A stretch of 64,000 bases of DNA from Eledone cirrhosa (lineage: Eukaryota): the NCBI GenBank assembly GCA_964016885.1, contig OZ024743.1, positions 15,748,001 to 15,812,000 of the forward strand, given 5' to 3'. The notes under the pieces were generated by a model that saw only the letters and a program-made list of their open reading frames with translations, ran no database searches and had not been told where the DNA came from. The position numbers and the translations under genes are program-made. Of this stretch, positions 40,702 through 54,898 are shown piece after piece; positions within the stretch are counted from its first letter, which is position 1, and every line of letters begins with the position of its first letter.

Positions 40702-41218
40702 CCATCCGTATGTATGTAGTTGACGGCTGAACGAAACGACTCAGTACCGAAGTAGAGTTAAACAATATTGACTTTATTAAGACTAAATAGAAAGTCGAGT
40801 TACTCTTGTCTGATAACCTTGTGGTAAGCAGGAGAAACTCCTGAATAACACGACTCACTACTTACCGATAATAAAATGAATATATAAATATATATACGTG
40901 TCTGTGTGTGTATATAAATATAAATATATGTGTATGTCTATATTTAACTATCATTCTATTACGTGTTCCAGGCGACAGGCTATGGCCATGTTTGTGCACC
41001 GATAGAAAATTTGTATTCGTGCTCCAACATAACGTTATACACATATGTATACGTATTGTATAATATATTGAATAATATACGAGATGTTTAGGAAGAACAT
41101 TTGAGAGAATTTCGCTATGAATTATTAATATAATAATCGTCATATACCTAATTGCAGCAATCTAAATGCTCCTTGGCATTTACCAAGACTACATATCTCC
41201 CTACTTCTGTTGAGGTTG

Positions 41219-41331
<113 letters not shown>

Positions 41332-41554
41332 ACAGAAAAAAACGATAAGGAAAATCCGCTTCGTAGAATCAAGACGCATCTGAGGACCTTGCGATTTTCA
41401 GAGTCAGGTTCGATCATCACATCGATCGTGCCTCGAGCTGGTCGCCAGAGAAACGATTGTAATATGTCCAATAAATTCCATTCGTCGCAAAACTGATTCG
41501 CTTTTTTTCTATTAGAGCATCGAGTGCTCAAAAACGCTTCAAGCATCCAACACC

Positions 41555-41602
<48 letters not shown>

Positions 41603-41623
41603 CCCACTAAAACCCCTACTAAT

Positions 41624-41654
<31 letters not shown>

Positions 41655-42517
41655 CCTCACTCCTACTCTCACACCTACCCATCCTCGCCTCCCTACCATT
41701 CCGCCGACTGCTGCTATGCCCTTCCGACCACCTCTCAGCACCAACTGACCACAGCACGCCCACTGCTGACCACTTCCTGTTGCGCGCACACCCCACATCT
41801 CTCCTCTTCCGACCACCGCTTCTTGGATTACCCACACGCGAAATTGACTTCTAACCAAATCTCCAAACATCCGTGGAACTTACCAACTTTTCAACCATCC
41901 TCTTACACCATCACCTATATAACTCACCCACACACACCCCAAAATAATTTTTTTTTATCCACACGCCACCCACACCCACAACACGCTTAAACCACACACA
42001 CGTGCTTCCCACCACATATTTACACCCTCAGCCTCCTGATTCCTCTCCCCCCACCCCCCTATCCACACACGCACAGACACTCTGACCCACAAAAACACCC
42101 CCCACACACACCTTCCTGAACATGCAACCCCGTTCTTCCCCCAACCCTCACTTTCACATACACACACACACATACACACACACACATACACACACACACG
42201 CACACCTAACCACACACACTACCTTCAGCCCTCCCCGCTCGGACACCCCGTCTCCCTCTCCCCACTCCACCCGCCACCACCCCTACTCACCCCACACCCT
42301 TCCACCACCTGTTTACCCCCCTTTTAATTTCAGTTTATTTTGATCATGCCTTTATTTTTAAATTTTCTCATTCCTTGTATTTTGATCATGCTTTATTTTT
42401 ATTTATTATATTTTTTGTCTTTATTTGTTAATTTTTCATTCGCACCGTTTCCTTTCGCTATATGTCTCTCCACCACTCCCCTACACACCTTTTGAACTCT
42501 GTTCCCACACACTTCTC

Positions 42518-42550
42518 ACCTGAAGAAGGGCTTATGCCCGAAACGTCGTC
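42518..42550 (+). ncRNA. Minimal hammerhead at the 3' end of a CA-rich insert (about 41600-42636)
   Basis: CUGAAGA-A-GGGC-UUAU-GCCC-GAAA-CGUC; AATAAA downstream; weak stem I. Confidence 0.65.
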
Positions 42551-42656
42551 CCCCACCTACCCCCCACTCTCCTGAGCGTGAATTTAATAAACATTTATTG
42601 TACTGCCTCTCTGTTCTGTCCCTGTTCAATTTTTCATTATATATATATATATATAT

Positions 42657-44018
42657 ACGTGCCCCAACGACTTTTTTTAGCCGTTGCTCGCGCCAACCTG
42701 AGGTATATGGCCTTTAATGCGACGAAATGCCTACGACGGTTGGAAGGCCACTGATGAGGACAAACTTTTTCATATGTAACACATTTGCAGCGCCGCAGCT
42801 CCATTATTATTATATTTACACATATATTTTTTCCTCCGCTGCCACCAGTCTGTTTCGTTCTTTGTGTCTTTACCCTTTCTAGCAGTCTCTCTCTCTCTCT
42901 GTTAGCCTCTTCCTCACCTTTCACTCACTCACTCTCTGTCACTACCTCTCCTCCTCCCCTTTCTTCCCGTTTGACCTGTCCGTAATCCTTTTCTCGCGGG
43001 CACTTGGCCAAGCCGGTATGAATTTTTTTTCTCTCTCTCTCGTCTGCGACTTCACAGAACTTATGTTTACCGAATTCGCAGACCAGACCCCTTCTTCCTC
43101 CCGTTAGACCTGTGCGAAATTCCTTCCTTGCTCACATTTCAACCAGGTTTGATGGTCTTTATTCTCTCATTCACGATTCCACCGAATTTATATTCATAGA
43201 CATCTGGGACTTGTTTCCTTCTTCATCACTTTCTGTTGCTTAAACCATTTTGTTTATTTACCCTAGCGTCCCCTTTATTTACGTGTCCCAACGACTTTTT
43301 TTAGCCGTTGCTCGCACCAACCTGAGGTATATGGCCTTTAATGCGACGAAATGCCTACGACGGTTGGAAGGCCACTGATGAGGACAAACTTTTTCATATG
43401 TAACCCATTTGCAGCGCCGCAGCTCCATTATTATCATATTTACACATATATTTTTTCCTCCGCTGCCACCAGTCTGTTTCGTTCTTGGTGTCTTTACCCT
43501 TTCTAGCAGTCTCTCTCTCTCTCTGTTAGCCTCTTCCTCACCTTTCACTCACTCAATCTCGGTCACTAACTCTCCTCCTCCCCTTTCTTCCCGTTTGACC
43601 TGTCCGTAATCCTTTTCTCGCGGGCACTTGGCCAAGCCGGTATGAATTTTTTCTCTCTCTCTCTCTCGTCTGCGACTTCACAGAACTTATGTTTACCGAA
43701 TTCGCAGACCAGACCCCTTCTTCCTCCCGTTAGACCTGTGCGAAATTCCTTCCTTGCTCACATTTCAACCAGGTTTGATGGTCTTTATTCTCTCGTTCAC
43801 GATTCCACCGAATTTATATTCATAGAAATCTAGGACTTGTTTCCTTCTTCATCACTTTCTGTTGCTTAAACCATTTTGTTTATTTACCCTAGCGTGCCCT
43901 TTATTTACGTGTCCCAACGAACTTTTTTAGCCGATGCTCGCACCAACCTGAGGTATATGGCCTTTAATGCGACGAAATGCCTACGACGGTTGGAAGGCCA
44001 CTGATGAGGGACAAACTT

Positions 44019-44023
<5 letters not shown>
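42657..44023. repeat. Head-to-tail array of about 2.2 copies of a ~625-bp unit between (TA)n tracts
   Basis: ACGTG.CCCAACGA at about 42657, 43281 and 43907. Confidence 0.92.
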
Positions 44024-44074
<51 letters not shown>

Positions 44075-44133
44075 ATAATAATATATATATATTTATATAT
44101 ATATAATAATATATATATATATTTATATATATA

Positions 44134-44187
<54 letters not shown>

Positions 44188-44230
44188 AATAATATATATA
44201 TATTTATATATATATAATAATATATATATA

Positions 44231-44280
<50 letters not shown>

Positions 44281-44282
<2 letters not shown>

Positions 44283-44749
44283 CCCTCCGCCTCTGTGGTA
44301 TTTTCTTCGGGGTTATAAGAGGCTTAGCTCTGTTTCTCGACCGTTATATCGCGTGACTATCTCTCTCTCCGCCTTTTGGGATTCTTTCTCACATCGTGTA
44401 GACGCGCTCTTGAGACTAGTAAAGTGAGGTATCCTCTTGATAAGTCGGCAGACCTCGCAGGGACTCTATATCTTTATGATGTATTGTTTTTGTTTATGCC
44501 ACGAAACTACGTAGTCGAGGAATCTAGGAGCAGTTTGGGTATGATACATTTTATTACTTATTATATCTAAATGTTTCTTCTCTCTTCATAATGTATTTTT
44601 ATCTCTGATACTGGTTCAGTCTAATTCAACCGGATTGGTCTGTCCCAGTCATTCATTGAGCAACATCGGTGAGGTTGGCACCCTTAACTCACGGTTGGGT
44701 GTGGATGCATTCATGTATATGAGTGTGTCCGCATGTATCTGTGTGTTTC

Positions 44750-44752
<3 letters not shown>
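44281..44752 (+). mobile_element. Diverged, permuted copy of the 591-nt HHR monomer
   Basis: Reverse-complement similarity to 47431-48435. Confidence 0.8.
44433..44520 (+). ncRNA. Hammerhead ribozyme, U3-A8 core (relatives at 47502-47592 and 48093-48183, minus strand)
   Basis: CCUC-UUGAUAA-GUCGGC...GCCAC-GAAA-CUACGUAG-UC-GAGG. Confidence 0.75.
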
Positions 44753-44799
<47 letters not shown>

Positions 44800-45747
44800 T
44801 TAGTATTAATGAACTTCAGAATGGACAGCAGGCATATAGTCCTCTGGATTAAGCAGAAAATGTGTATTCTGTGTAACATATGAATGCAGATGAAATGACA
44901 TTGTATAACAGGCAACCCGACAGCGAAGGTATATTGTGTATTGTAAATATATTGTTGTTTGCACTAAGAATATCCTTGAAATAAATTTTAATCAAAGGGC
45001 CAATAATTTAATGTGTATGCAGCATTGCATTACATTAAAACAGTACTCAATGTTGGTGGTGGTCCAAGTAGAAGATCAAAGCCATGTGATTCATAGGAAA
45101 GTAAATGAAGCTTTATCTTAAGATGATGAGCCCCAAAATGACGTTCTCAAGTAATTGCAAAAAGGTGACTAGAAGCTGTATAGCGGGAAATTAGTCGAGC
45201 CTATGCAAGTATAGAAACAGATATGTTTAATTAATATTATGATTACGATCATAAATATGCAAAATTTAATGATTTATGACGAGTAATAATGTTTATTGTT
45301 ATGCGGTTATTTATTATCTCATTGGTTCCCAAATGGCAGCTGTATTTCACTTTGAAGTGAAAGACACATTGTGCTAGCTTTCCATTTAAAATATTTATGA
45401 ATTATCTATGCCAACCAGTTTTTATTAGGATGATTAATTCACTCCCCTGTGCTGTTTTCTATGATATTCACATATATGTGTATAGTAGGATAAATTTCAA
45501 CTTCGATGTGGAAGACGCAATTTATTCTTTTGAGATTTCAATCCTTTTGTTTAAGAGTTGTCTCAAATTTAATATATATGTGTGTTAGACGAAGGAGATG
45601 AAATAATCCAAACATTTCACTTTTTTGTTGAAGGAAATGATTTATATGCTTATATTTTACAAACAATACACAGGCAGCCATAAATATATACACAAATACA
45701 TATACCATATGTACTAACACGCAATAAATATATACACACCTTTATAA

Positions 45748-45999
<252 letters not shown>

Positions 46000-46913
46000 A
46001 ACATGTGAATAAGCGCATAGATATACAGAAAAAAGAGCATCTCAGACATTTAGCACTAAAGGAATGATTTAAGGTTTGATGCTTCTTTTTAAACTATAAT
46101 TTTTTTAAAGCGATTCAGCTATTGTTACCGAACTAAAAACATTAAAATAAACGAAAGCCCCAAATGTACCGTCAGAATCATTACTATTCATTTATGTGCT
46201 GTCAACACTATAACAACTAGATCTAAACTGCCAAACTTGAATAAATATGTCTCTAATATTGTATATTATCTCTTCACTGAGCTGTCAAATAGGTGTGATT
46301 TGGGATTATGTAAGGAATTTTGATACATACATACAAACGTACTCTCTCTTTCTCTCCTTCACACACACACATACATTTATAATTTATTTAGTAAACAATG
46401 GTAGAGTTGATCACTGATCTCTAAAACATTAATTACTGTTTTACTGTATTTATGGTGGTGAGGATGGCAACATTTCTATATTCTATTACTGATTATGTCG
46501 ATGGACTTTAGCTAACGCTATGTAAAATCCCCATCATTTTATGATATATCTTGTGTACATTAAAAGAAGCATCAGCCAGCTTTTATTCAATCCTGTGTTG
46601 AGATTTCACCAGTGATTGAGTAACCTCTACAATTTCTTTCATGCAATGTTTATAAATCCACTATGATAAAGAACTAAAATATACTCGATAAACCATACAC
46701 ATTGTTAAGATAAAATTAATTGTTTTATCGAAGCAGCTGACAAAATAGTTTGTCCAATTTACTTATATATCATATATGCAAACATGTTTACGATATAATA
46801 TATATATATAGGATATAGGTAGAACACTGGAAGGTAATATCCGTAGTGGTAGAGCACTCACTCAATGGGTCGAGTTTAGTAGAAGTAGTAACACAACAGT
46901 TAGTTCACCATAC

Positions 46914-46951
46914 CGAGAACAATTGTTTCACCTTAGCGGATCTTCAGCTCG
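46914..46951 (-). ncRNA. Minimal hammerhead ribozyme
   Basis: CGAG-CUGAAGA-UCC-GCUAA-GGU-GAAA-CAAUUG-UU-CUCG. Confidence 0.75.
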
Positions 46952-47430
46952 TACTGGTCATGGTTATACGGAACAGGAAGAACAACCGTATGAACGCGCA
47001 TGCGCAGAAACGGTCACTTCACCCAAGCGATATAAAACCACGGGCGAAAGGTATACGGGAGATAATAGCGAAAGTCCGGAAAAGGTGTTCGAGTTGATTA
47101 GAAAATTAGAATGTTGTTGTTATTCAATCCGGAGCTTTATAGCAAGAGGTGTTTCCAGATATGTGGACAACGTTAGAAGATTTCACATCTTGATTTAGGC
47201 AATCGCTATTGCGTAAACTCCTTAGAATATTTAACCTTTCTTCAATAAACAGTCCACTAGACGGATTGCCCCCTCCCGTATGGCTTAGACTTAGTGATGG
47301 CTATCCATTGAATGGAGTGGTCTATACCTGAGTCCTTGAAGGACCATACGTGGCTCACGAGTTTCGTGGATAATCGTTTGACCGGGTATCCAAAGTTCGA
47401 CTGCTGGTACATATGTATATATATATATAT

Positions 47431-48435
47431 ATTATGAAGAGAGAAGAAACATTAGATATAATTAATATTAAGATATAGCATACCCAAATTCATTCTTTAC
47501 TCCTCGACTACTTAGTTTCGTGTAATATTATGCAAAAACACTACATCACAGAGATATAGAATTTTTGTGAGGTCTGCCGACTTATCAAGATGATACCTCT
47601 TTAAGAGTTTCAAAACACGTCCGTAGGACGCGAGATAGAATCCCGAAAGGCGGAGGGGGAGTCAATCCCGTGATACAGCGGTCAAGAAACAGAGCTAAGC
47701 CTCTTATAACCATGAAAAGAATACCACAGAGGCGGAGGGGGTACTTATATCAAAGCCGTAGAAGAGGTGGCTAAGGTGGCGAGAAGTATAAGTAATTATA
47801 GCTTTCTAGCAGTCACTACACTTCAATGGTTACTCTACCAAAGGGAGTTATAAACAATATATAGAAACACACAGACTATGCGGACACATACATATACATG
47901 AATATATCCACATATATCCTTGAATTAGTGGTGCCCACCTCAACCGATGTTGCTCTATGAATAACTGGGACAAAATAATCCGAATGGATTAGATTGATTC
48001 AGTATCAGAGCTATATAATACATTATAAAGAGAGAAGAAACATTAGATATAATTAATAATAAGATATACCATACCCAAATTCATTCTTTACTCCTCGACT
48101 ACTTAGTTTCGTGTCATATTATGCAAAAACACTACATCACAGAGATATAGAATTGTTGTGAGGTCTGCCGACTTATCAAGAGAGTACCTCATTAAGAGTT
48201 TCAAAACACGTCCGTAGGACGCGAGATAGAATCCCGAAAGGCGGAGGAGGAGTCAAGCACGTGATACAGCGGTCAAGAAACAGAGCTAAGCCTCTTATAA
48301 CAATGAAAAAAATACCACGGAGGCGGAGGGAGTACTTATAACAAAGCCGTTGAAGAGGTGGCTAAGCTGGCGAGAAGTATGAGTAATGATAGCTTTCCAG
48401 CAGTCACTACACTTCAATGGTATCTCTACCAAAGG
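47431..48435 (-). mobile_element. About 1.7 tandem copies of a 591-nt non-coding HHR monomer
   Basis: AGAGAGAAGAAACATTAGATATA at 47438 and 48029. Confidence 0.88.
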
Positions 48436-48463
48436 GACGTGTTTTGAAACTCTTAATGAGGTA

Positions 48464-49493
<1,030 letters not shown>

Positions 49494-49494
49494 T

Positions 49495-50130
49495 CTAAGG
49501 CGGGTAAAATTCCCGAGATCCATGGACGAGATCTCTCCAGCGGTCTCTGTCCCTCATTATCGCTGCCATATCCTGCATCTCCAACAGACCAGTGTCTGTC
49601 CTTAGGGCATCAACATATCTGGTAGAGAATGTTGAGAAGCCAGAGGGGATCACTAATGTAGGCGGGAAGCCGCTGGAATTGGTTGAGGACTTCCTGTATT
49701 TGGGAGCAAAGATTGGGAATACGGAAGATGATGTGGTTGAGAGGAAGAGCAAGGCCTGGGCGGCGTGTCACAGCTTGAGATCGGTGTGGAAGTCGGACCT
49801 TTGTAGAGACCTGAAAATCCGCCTCTTCATTGTTGTAGTGGAGTCCGTGCTGCTGTATGGGTCTGCGACTTGGACACTGACCAAGAGACTCACTCAGATG
49901 GTGGATGGGTGCTACACGAGAATGCTGAGGATGGCTCTGAACATTAATCAGTATACACTGAGGATGAAAAATTCAGAGCTGTATGGGAGCATCCCAAAAG
50001 TCAGCTCAAAAGTGACACAGAGGAGACTGAGGTTGGCTGGACATGCTCACCGACATCCAGAGTTGACATTGCACTCAGTGCTCCTTTGGGAGCCCCTAAA
50101 TGGACACACTAGAAGAGGAAGACCAAGGTT

Positions 50131-50136
<6 letters not shown>
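49495..50136. mobile_element. RTE LINE 3' fragment with internal inversion
   Basis: Plus strand: VEDFLYLGA...VESVLLYGS..W...GRPRLTY; minus strand 49495-49618 continues [11 protein letters not shown]...DRDRWR. Confidence 0.9.
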
Positions 50137-50206
<70 letters not shown>

Positions 50207-50307
50207 TAAATTATAAACGTAAACATGTATGTTTTTGAAACGGTGCGCGAGTTTGAAATTAGAATATATATATATATAGTTATGTAATAAACAACATAAG
50301 GCAATTA

Positions 50308-50368
50308 TTTCATTTACCAGTAGTTTCTTAAAAGCAAAAAAATGTTGCTTTCAATCATCAGAATGAAA
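50308..50368 (-). ncRNA. Hammerhead ribozyme (decayed homolog at 19548-19607, plus strand)
   Basis: UUUCAUU-CUGAUGA-UUGAAAGCAA...UUGCUUUUAA-GAAA-CUACUGG-UA-AAUGAAA. Confidence 0.8.
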
Positions 50369-50428
50369 AAATCCTGGTGTATTTATTGACGTTGGATTTT
50401 AAAAACAAAAATCTCAAAAACATATATT

Positions 50429-50497
<69 letters not shown>

Positions 50498-53400
50498 TTA
50501 TATATATATGTATATATTTATATATATCTATGTATATACATGTCATACACAATCTTACTCCATGCCAACTGAAATTAATTCAGGAACAGTGTACTCACTA
50601 ACATATTCAGTGGTGTGGTAGCAATTTTGAAAAGAATTAATTAGTTTTATCAATAAAATTAATATGACAAACAACTAATCGACCATCAAATCAATTATTG
50701 AAAATATAAAAATATTGATAAATACCCACAAATTAATTAAGGTTAACAATAGAATTAATAAAATTAATATAAAATAAATTGATAATCGAATCAATTCATA
50801 AAAATATTTTTTTTAGATTATATATACCGAAATCAGTGCAAGTTTCACCAAATACCGAACTGTTAGTATTAGTTACGTAAATATGTCCATATTCCAACAG
50901 TAAGTTGTGTCACTATCCGGAATCAACATAACGATCATTATTGGCCATTTTTCAGTTAACAACTTAACAAGAAAAATAAGACCATGCTGGCATTCACTAG
51001 CTCTGCTTTCATGCGCCTGCCACTCACTAAGAAACAAGTAGGTGTAACCTTGCAGCATTGTCTAAAAGTGTCTGTAATTAGATATGTATAAGAGTAGTGT
51101 GAGAAGGTTACGAAGGAAACTTAAGGAAAAAAAGAGTGTTGCGAGGAGAAAGATAGGTAGGGGGCAGTGGGGGGGGGGGTCAGAGTGGGGGATGCGGGGA
51201 TGTCATGAGTATGGTTGTGTGTGTGTTTCGAAGGGAAGAAATTGGTATATGTGTGTGTGTGGCCACGTGAGTGTCTCAATGTCTTATAAAGTTGATGTGT
51301 GCATACTGGTATGTGTGTATGTCATAAGTGTTTACTTTTTTGTGCATGTATTATTACGTGCGTGTGAGTGTGTCTACGCATGCGTGTGTATAGGTGATTT
51401 TAAAAATTGTTTCTATATACATTTATGAGTGTGTGTGTGTGTGTTCATTTCTTTACTTCTACTGGTTTACTTCTACTGGTTACGACATCTAGACAGTCTT
51501 TGTCTATCAAATTCCTCTCACAATGTATTCATCACCATGGTGGTAAAGATTAAATCATGCACCAATCCATTGCAATGCAAAGGTTGAAGCCGCAGAGGCA
51601 TGCCACAATTTCTGCCTAAGTAATACAATATTTCGATGAGCTAGTGTTAATTCTAGCAAGAATTATGTGTCAAAATCTATTTGTTGCAATCAAAAGTGAG
51701 TTAATTACTGAGTTTATATGCTTATATATAGCCTGGAAAAAATAAAACATAAACATATAATTTCAACAAGAATTATCTCATCCGTATAATTTGTAAAAAT
51801 GATGGACATATATCCATTTGCTTATTCATCTTTTATTTGCTGAATTTGTAGACAGTAACAGCATTGGTCTGTTGGGCCAATAACTACTATGCTGCAGTTC
51901 TGACAGTGAAAATTGATGGCTAACTCAAAGCAAATCTATTGTCTCAGAGGGCCTTTGTTCATAAAACTTTAGATTTACATTTCTTTTTTCATTTTCACCC
52001 TGATTGGTGATATGCCGTGTCAAAAGCTACATGTATTCATATGTACGCAGACGTACACCGACATATATTGTGAATGTAGATACATGTATGAACTATGCAG
52101 TACACGAAACCGATGGTTATTTTAAAGTAGTTTTTATGAATTACTAATGAAATTCAGGTATTTTATTTAAGTTAAATTTTAAATAAGCAAATGAATCTCG
52201 TGAATATCAAATCAAACACATTGACATTCCATTAAAAGACATTATTCAGTATGGTGGATTTCATGGGATCTCACAGTCTTAGGTGATACAAGGGGCATAA
52301 CTGACTGTCTGCTATCAGTATTATGTTTCCTAGATTTTATGTGGGAGAGGTGTGTGTTCATAAATATCTCTTGAATTATTACCATATCAACTGGTTGAGA
52401 GGTAACTATATGGATTTAGAAACATTATTTGGGGAAAAACTTGGTGGTAAACTCGTCTACTTTTATAATAACTACATCTACTCTACATCTCTAAATGTAT
52501 TGAGCACTTTGCTGATTAGTGGTTTTCCTTGTTCTCTAATCATAAATGCCGATTCTATTAAATATATATTTATTGTATGTGCGTGCATCTAAATCACTGA
52601 GTTTTTAACTGAAATGTGAAAAGCATTAGGGCATATCTCATTAATGCAATGTGTATATGCTTTTTTAAAAATTGGAGTATGTAATCAATACATGTATGTG
52701 AGTACTAGTGTGAAAAATGTGAAACAAATCCAAAGGCAACCATGACAGATGTCCATAGTGAATGCAGAAGATATTGATTGTTTGCAAGACTATGGACTGT
52801 CTCTGTTTGGGTGGCATATTTCACTGATTGGGAAGGTACTTGTCAAACCTTATGAAAGACTATTGCTATTTCAATGTTCCACATAATTTTCAGTTTATGA
52901 CTTAGATTGGTAAATTCTTTGCTACATTCTAAAATACTCCTCTAACTGTTGTAATCACTATTGTGCTTTTTCCAGATTTCATATTTGGTCATATCCATAT
53001 TTCTAAAGGACGAAGTGTCTTAAAAATAACTTTGCTTGAAATTATCCTCAGCCAAAGCAATGTAACAGTTGTCTAACATCATGTTAGCTTCATACAGAAT
53101 TAACTAATTGTAGGGCATTTGCATTCATACAAGAGAAAACAACCACATGTGGTTAGATTAACAAGCATATGAGTGAAGAAGAATTTCATACTGGAGATGC
53201 AGTTGTACATAGCTTTAACAAGCAATATTAAATGGGAAATTTAGATTGAAGAAGGCTATTACCAACAAGGCCAAGAAGCATCTGCTATGTTAAGTAGAAA
53301 AAAGTACATCCATTGATGTCAGATATTGTCAAATATTTAAAGAGAAGTGCAGATGTTTTTCATAGGATACATGCGTTTTTATAATTATCTTCTCAGTCAG

Positions 53401-53527
53401 TGGAAATGAGCTAATTTATAGCCACGTGAACATTTAACACTTCCTGTACTAAAAGGATTACCCATACCTCGGACATTTAGAATGTTTTTTTATTTTCCAT
53501 ATATCAATATGGACTGCCATTATATGT

Positions 53528-53717
53528 ATGGTGGATTGGCAGTATCGGTAGACAGTCGGACGCCATGCTTTCCAGCATAATTACGTCTCTTTACGGTCTG
53601 AGTTCAAATCCCACCGAGGTTCACTTTGCCTTTCATCCTTATGGGGTCGATAAAATAAAGTACCAGTAATGTACTGAGTATTTGCAGGCCTTGTGCCCCA
53701 AAAGTAGAAACAATTAT
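53528..53717 (+). mobile_element. SINE family A, full length
   Basis: A and B boxes plus core. Confidence 0.9.
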
Positions 53718-53808
53718 ATGTATTATATATATATATATATATATATGTATAATATATATATATATGTAGTCTAAGTTTTTATTTTCTTGTTTTTATTTAT
53801 ATATATAT

Positions 53809-53843
<35 letters not shown>

Positions 53844-53844
<1 letters not shown>

Positions 53845-54240
53845 CATCATCATAATCACCGTTTTACGTCTGTTCTCCCACGCTAGCATGGGTTAGACGG
53901 GTTGTCCTGTTGTGGGCAGTGTCCGGTCAGCTGACCTTGTCTTGCTCAAGCGGGAACTGATTCTGGCTTGATTTCTACAGTTGGATGCACTTCCTAACAC
54001 CAACCTCGTTTACAGTGAGAGCTGAGTGCTTTTTTTCTGTGGCGCCTACACGTCCACTTTACAGTGTGGGCTGGGTGCATTTTTGCCGTGGCACCTCCAC
54101 GACCAGTTTGCAGTGGGAGGGTGTGGGGCATAGTGTATATATGCTTCAGCTTCGGCTTGCACCCGTGTAGGGTCGGGTCTTCTGTATTACTGCGTGACGC
54201 CAGAGGTCACAGTCGTGTGTGATCGCCTACAGAGAGAGGG
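53844..54240 (-). mobile_element. SINE family B with RTE-type 3' tail
   Basis: Tail matches the RTE ends at 6235 and 10640; body matches 21386-21670. Confidence 0.7.
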
Positions 54241-54566
54241 TAGCCACCATGGCCTATAGCATCTCAGGGCAAAATAAACCGATACGAGTACCTATATTAG
54301 ACAAGGCGAAATTTTATGATTTCGAAGGGAGTAGATGACTTCGTAGAGACAGCGAAATGGTAAATAAAACAATAATAATAATAATGTAAGAGAGAAGGAA
54401 GGGAATAGATGACTTCGAAGCGAGACAGCCATAGTGGCCAGCATGGGAAAAGACCATGAGGGTAAAGAAAATGTGTTGTGGAGGCTAGTGAAATGATAAA
54501 TACAACAATAATACTAATAATAGTGTGAGCGGAACATTTGCAATTGGGTAATAGAGGGATACCTGG

Positions 54567-54679
<113 letters not shown>

Positions 54680-54681
54680 TA

Positions 54682-54787
54682 AAATAAAAGATTAAAGTTT
54701 AAGCAAAGAATCGCTGCTTTCACCCTTAACGGGATCTCGTTAAGGGTGAAAGCAGCGATTCTTTGCTTAAACTTTAATCTTTTATTT
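54682..54787. repeat. Perfect hairpin with 50-bp arms, derived from the 56.7-kb HHR family
   Basis: Arms 54682-54731 and 54738-54787. Confidence 0.9.
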
Positions 54788-54898
54788 ACACAAATATTGG
54801 CTCTACGGTTCTCATATATCTGTTATATATTTATCCTTATCGAGCCTTCTTTGGATTTTAGTCTTCAAATTTATTATTATTACTATATATATATATAT

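Noticed and set aside
40807-40850. CUGAUAA...GAAA hammerhead-like motif
   Set aside because: C3-A8 mismatch and broken stem III; at best a decayed copy
42657-44023. CRISPR-like array
   Set aside because: Long full-unit tandem repeats without unique spacers, in a eukaryotic context
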